Below, in pieces: positions 35,634-39,404 of a stretch of DNA of 39,404 bases (positions are counted from its first letter, which is position 1; the number at the start of each line of letters is the position of its first letter). The position numbers were made by a program, and so were the translations under genes. Location: sequence record DRR723986_14244; one strand, written 5' to 3'. The notes under the pieces were generated by a model. That model made no database searches, was not told the DNA's origin, and saw only the letters and a program-made list of their open reading frames with translations.

Positions 35634-36110
35634 ATGATGGGCACAAAAGTTAAAAAAATGCTTTTTATACTATCAAAAGCAACAATTGAAAATGCATATG
35701 CAGCGTTTGTAATGGCTAATGGAGCGCGTATGGAAGGAATTGAATCAGAGATATTTTTCACTTTTTTTGGCTTAGAAGCTATTCAAAAGAAAAAACTAGA
35801 ACATTTACACGTAGCAACCGTAGGAAACCCTGCTATGCATATACCTACGATATTAGGCGGTTTACCTGGTGTTGAAGCTTTAGCTACCAAAATGATGAAA
35901 AAAGAGATGGAAAAACTCGATATGCCACCTGTTGGTGAATTTTTAGAAATCCTTTCAGATTCTGGTTGTAAACTATGGGCATGCAAATTAGCAGTAGACA
36001 TGTTTCACCTTAAAGAAGAAGACTTTATTGATGAAATAGACGGAATATTAACTATTGGCGATTTTTATAGCCGTGCAGACCAAGAAGGCACGCAACTTTT
36101 ATTTATTTAA
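35634..36110 (+). CDS. DsrE/DsrF/DrsH-like (DsrE2-type) sulfurtransferase
   Basis: IFFTFFGL, LWACKLAVDMF and a C-terminal LFI. Confidence 0.88.
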   Translation: MMGTKVKKMLFILSKATIENAYAAFVMANGARMEGIESEIFFTFFGLEAIQKKKLEHLHVATVGNPAMHIPTILGGLPGVEALATKMMKKEMEKLDMPPVGEFLEILSDSGCKLWACKLAVDMFHLKEEDFIDEIDGILTIGDFYSRADQEGTQLLFI

Positions 36111-36141
36111 AAGTATTTTAAGTCATAATAGTTTTGAAGTC

Positions 36142-36181
36142 AAAGCTTTAAGTATCAATAATAGATATTTAAAGCTTTTTC
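36142..36181 (+). terminator. Probable terminator of the sqr operon
   Basis: AAAGCTTTAAGTATC-N7-GATATTTAAAGCTTT followed by T's. Confidence 0.72.
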
Positions 36182-36284
36182 TATTAGGTTATTTTTATGT
36201 TTAGATCTTAATCAATTTAGCAATCATAAAAAATTAAATGAAATAAATTCATTGCTTTTAAGCATCTAATTAGCAACGATTTTA

Positions 36285-37716
36285 ATGAAAAATTACATTT
36301 ACCTAAGTTTAGCCCTCCTTCTATCTTTAATCTTATTTCAGTAAATGCTCAAGAGTCAGAGCAAGAGAAATATTCAACAAAAACTGAAAAGGAAAAAAAG
36401 AAAGAATCACCAAGTTTTAAGGCCGATGAATATAAAGTTAAAGTTAATTTTAAGAGAGCTATTCCTTATGGTAAAACACTTCTTAAAGAAGGTCGAATAA
36501 TCACCATGAATGGTAAAGAAGTAATTGAAAATGGCGATGTTTTAATAGAGAACAATAGAATTAAAAATATTGGTGTTTTTGGTAGCTTTCCAATACCCGA
36601 CGATGTAAAATTTATTGATATATCTGGTAAAACTATAACACCAGGTTTTGTTGATACACATGCCCATATGTGGCCAAATTGGGGAATTCACAAAAATCAG
36701 GTTTGGATTTACTCAGCTAATTTAGCATATGAAGTTACAACCATAAGAGATCCACAAACTGCTACAACAGACATTCTTACGTACTCTGACATGGTTGAAG
36801 CTCGTATGATTCATGGTCCAAGAGTTTACAGCACAGGACCTGGTGTTGGCTTTTGGGCATACAATAAAAAAAAAGCTTAAAACACGCTAAAGAAATACTT
36901 AAGCAATACAGTGAATATTATAATACAAAGAGTATTAAAAGTTATTTAGTTGGGAATCGTCAACAGCGACAGTGGGTAATAATGGCAGCTAAAGAGCTTA
37001 AATTAATGCCAACAACAGAAGGTGGCCTAGACTTTAAGCAAAATATGGTTAATATGATTGATGGATATCCTGGTCATGAGCACTCTTTTCCTTTATATCC
37101 TATCTACTATGATGTTATAACTACAGCAGCACAATCTCAAATGGCCATAACACCTACTCTTTTAGTTAGTTATGGTGGACCGTGGGCAGAAAATTATTTT
37201 TATTCCATAGAGAATACATATAATGATAAAAAACTTCAATACTTCACACCATATTAAGAGCTAGCTCAATAGTCTAGACGCAGACCAGGATGGTTTAAGG
37301 ATGAAGAACATGTTTTTCAAAAACATGCGGAATTTATGAAAGACCTTATTGAAGCAGATGGTATTGGAGGAATAGGAAGTCATGGGCAGCTTCAAGGTTT
37401 AGGGTTCCATTGGGAATTATGGGCAACGGCTAGTGGTGGTATGACAAATTATGATGCTTTAAGACTAGCAACAATTAAAGGATGTGAAGCATTAGGCCTT
37501 GACGAGGATTTAGGAACTCTAGAAATTGGTAAAATTGCAGACATATTAATTTTGGATGAAAATCCCCTAGAAAATTTACGCAATACAAATACATTAACTC
37601 ATGTAATTAAAAATGGTGTAGTATATGACGTAAATACCCTTGATGAAGTAGTGCCTGCAGAAAAGAAAGTAGAAACATTTCACTGGCAAACTATTAGACC
37701 AACTGGTCTACCATGA
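36285..37716 (+). pseudogene. Disrupted secreted amidohydrolase-family gene
   Basis: Fragments join into one amidohydrolase (PGFVDTHAH, TTEGG, GHEH, TPTL, GSHGQLQG, GKIADILILDENPL). Frameshifts lie near 36326 and in the A9 run at 36866-74. In-frame stops are TAA 37255-57 and TAG 37270-72. Confidence 0.9.
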
Positions 37717-37746
37717 TTAAAGAACTAATTATATTAATATTTAGTT

Positions 37747-37778
37747 AAAGCCACTATAATACTTGTAGTGGCTTTTTT
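37747..37778 (+). terminator. Intrinsic terminator
   Basis: AAAGCCACTATAA-TAC-TTGTAGTGGCTTT followed by T's. Confidence 0.85.
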
Positions 37779-37834
37779 CTTTGGTATAAGTAATGCGTAA
37801 CTTTGTCGTATTAAGAATGTGATGCCTCTAAAAG

Positions 37835-38236
37835 ATGAAAAAGACAAAAAAACCAGATCAAGTTGTTTACAATACAGAAACAGAAAGGTATGATGCTTCA
37901 CTAAAACCATATGCTACTGATGTTTCTGCACCAGTTATTACAACAACTGACACCTTAGCTTGGAAAAATAGAAATATCAACAAAGTAAATAAGCATATAC
38001 AGGCTAAGTACAATGAACTGAAGGCCGCTTATGACAAAATGATTGAGCAATATGAGTATAATAACTTAGTCTACGGTGCATCTTTTAACTTTGAACCAGT
38101 GGTGGGTGACACCTATCATTTATACATAAGAGAAAACGAGACTACATTTTTATCAATAATTGCACCTGAAGAATGTAATTTTAATCACATTGGTAGTTTT
38201 TATTTAGATGCAGATGGTATATGGCATAAAAAATAA
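37835..38236 (+). CDS. DUF2452 domain protein
   Basis: PYATDVSAP, FNFEPVVGDTYHLY and FLSIIAPEE. A -7 element TAACTTTG lies at 37798-805. Confidence 0.75.
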   Translation: MKKTKKPDQVVYNTETERYDASLKPYATDVSAPVITTTDTLAWKNRNINKVNKHIQAKYNELKAAYDKMIEQYEYNNLVYGASFNFEPVVGDTYHLYIRENETTFLSIIAPEECNFNHIGSFYLDADGIWHKK

Positions 38237-38404
38237 TACGATTTATAAGCCTGATGAATAGCAATTTATCATAATTTCATTCACCTTTTAAAAAATTCTT
38301 ACAAATTAATTGGCTCGTTTTTAATATTTGAAGGTATAATCTTACATTTTAAATAATTATACATACATCTATATATTTGTTTTTCAATTATTTACGTATT
38401 TTTA

Positions 38405-38440
38405 TATGTATTTCATCGATTTTTTATGCGTTTTATAGAT
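38405..38440 (+). repeat. Regulatory-like repeat, copy 1 (TTTCATCGAT...TTTTATAGAT, 20-bp period)
   Basis: 33/36 identical to 39342-39377. Confidence 0.75.
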
Positions 38441-38490
38441 TTTTTTAAGTGAATCATTCTATCTTAGCACCCTATTAAAACCCAAATCAC

Positions 38491-39303
38491 ATGAAAACAA
38501 TTACTTATCGTTTAATAGGAATCTTTTTATTAGTTAGTTTTAGTTCTAACTCTTTTGCTCAAAATCTATGCGGAGCTCAAGGAAATAATATTTCTGGAGA
38601 ATATATTGGAAAGGTAGATATTAACGCTATTGAGAATAATTCAATAAGTTCAACAACTTCAGGATACACAGATTATAAAGCCGATGAAATATTTGATGAA
38701 TTAGAGAAAGGAAGTACGGGTAATACTATTTCCATTACAAAATACTGGCCAATAATTCCTTTTCCAGAAGCAGTGTCTGTGTGGATAGATTTTAATCAAG
38801 ATGGAAATTTCACTTCTGATGAAAAGGTCTTAGAAGACAGCTCAAACGAAATAAATATAGTTAATGCTACTTTCGATGTACCTGCTAACGCAGTAAGTGG
38901 TGATGTTGTAATGCGCGTAATTATGAAATATTATGGCACATTTGGCGTAGTACAGGACGATCCATGTGAAACCTATACTCATGGTGAGACAGAGGACTAT
39001 ATGTTACGAATTTCTAATCAACTTAGTGTTGGAGACTCTAGTTTAGAGGGCTCTAAGATCTACCCAAATCCATTTAAAGATAGTGTAACGATAGAGCTTC
39101 CTCAAAATGTAGACGCCAGTACTATATCTTATATTGTTTATGATTTACAAGGTAGATCTGTATTAGCATCAAAAGAAAATAATTTTAATGGTAATAGTTT
39201 TAGCATATCCGATATGGATAATTTAAATCCTGGTACATATCTCATAAAAATTGAAAACTCAACGAATAATCAATTTATAACCAAACGACTTATAAAACAA
39301 TAA
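38491..39303 (+). CDS. T9SS type A sorting domain protein with GEVED domain
   Basis: Signal peptide; VWIDFNQDGNF...MRV...GETEDY (GEVED); C-terminal IYPNPF...YDLQGR...LNPGTYLIKI...KRLIKQ. Confidence 0.9.
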   Translation: MKTITYRLIGIFLLVSFSSNSFAQNLCGAQGNNISGEYIGKVDINAIENNSISSTTSGYTDYKADEIFDELEKGSTGNTISITKYWPIIPFPEAVSVWIDFNQDGNFTSDEKVLEDSSNEINIVNATFDVPANAVSGDVVMRVIMKYYGTFGVVQDDPCETYTHGETEDYMLRISNQLSVGDSSLEGSKIYPNPFKDSVTIELPQNVDASTISYIVYDLQGRSVLASKENNFNGNSFSISDMDNLNPGTYLIKIENSTNNQFITKRLIKQ

Positions 39304-39319
39304 GTTACGTGTTAGTCTG

Positions 39320-39377
39320 AAAAATCGATGAAAAACAAAATTATGTATTTCATCGATTTTTTTTGCATTTCATAGAT
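39320..39377 (+). repeat. Regulatory-like repeat, copy 2, plus an inverted copy forming a terminator-like hairpin
   Basis: AAAAATCGATGAAA (39320-33) pairs with TTTCATCGATTTTT (39348-61). Direct repeat units start at 39348 and 39368. Confidence 0.72.
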
Positions 39378-39404
39378 ATATTTTCAAAATAATATATATA
39401 TTAT

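Noticed and set aside
35293-36110. Evidence for dissimilatory sulfate reduction or the reverse Dsr pathway
   Set aside because: The DsrC-like protein lacks the second conserved Cys, and no dsrAB/dsrMK genes are in the window.
36866-36874. Phase variation or programmed frameshift at the A9 run
   Set aside because: Downstream nonsense codons and an upstream frameshift mean slippage would not restore the protein.
38405-39377. CRISPR array or IS terminal repeats
   Set aside because: Only two direct copies 937 bp apart, enclosing an ordinary gene; no cas or transposase.
32100-39404. Genomic island integrated at tRNA-Met
   Set aside because: Accessory-looking genes follow the tRNA, but I saw no integrase and no duplicated tRNA 3' end inside the window.

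Overview
AT-rich chromosomal window from a Bacteroidota, most likely marine Flavobacteriaceae. The basis is TAnnTTTG -7 promoters, a T9SS-sorted protein and gene order. Left to right: (1) a PIG-L/LmbE-type gene cut by the window edge, an unannotated 39-aa membrane peptide, a Na+:solute symporter and a Gfo/Idh/MocA oxidoreductase; (2) DUF2911; (3) an arsR-DUF6428-arsC-acr3 arsenic operon; (4) a ~15 kb light/UV-stress cluster (8549-23409) with four different photolyase/cryptochrome-family genes, folE, glutathione peroxidase, TspO, DUF2256, TIGR03643 and Lacal_2735-type small proteins. It opens with a TetR-fold/ABC1-kinase pair resembling COQ9/COQ8, and it is split into two sub-operons preceded by the same 58-bp promoter/operator with TGTTTAAC-N14-GTTAAACA; (5) housekeeping genes (murA, DUF4290, DUF493, AAA ATPase, RecQ-like, fmt, HU, YqgE/AlgH, class IV aminotransferase, START-like) and tRNA-Met; (6) a divergent FadL-like channel and SQR-TusE/DsrC-DsrE sulfur module with mirror-symmetric Crp/Fnr-like boxes; (7) an amidohydrolase pseudogene, DUF2452 and a GEVED/T9SS protein flanked by a repeated regulatory element. 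No integrase, transposase or CRISPR array was seen. Family assignments come from motif recognition by eye, not database searches.
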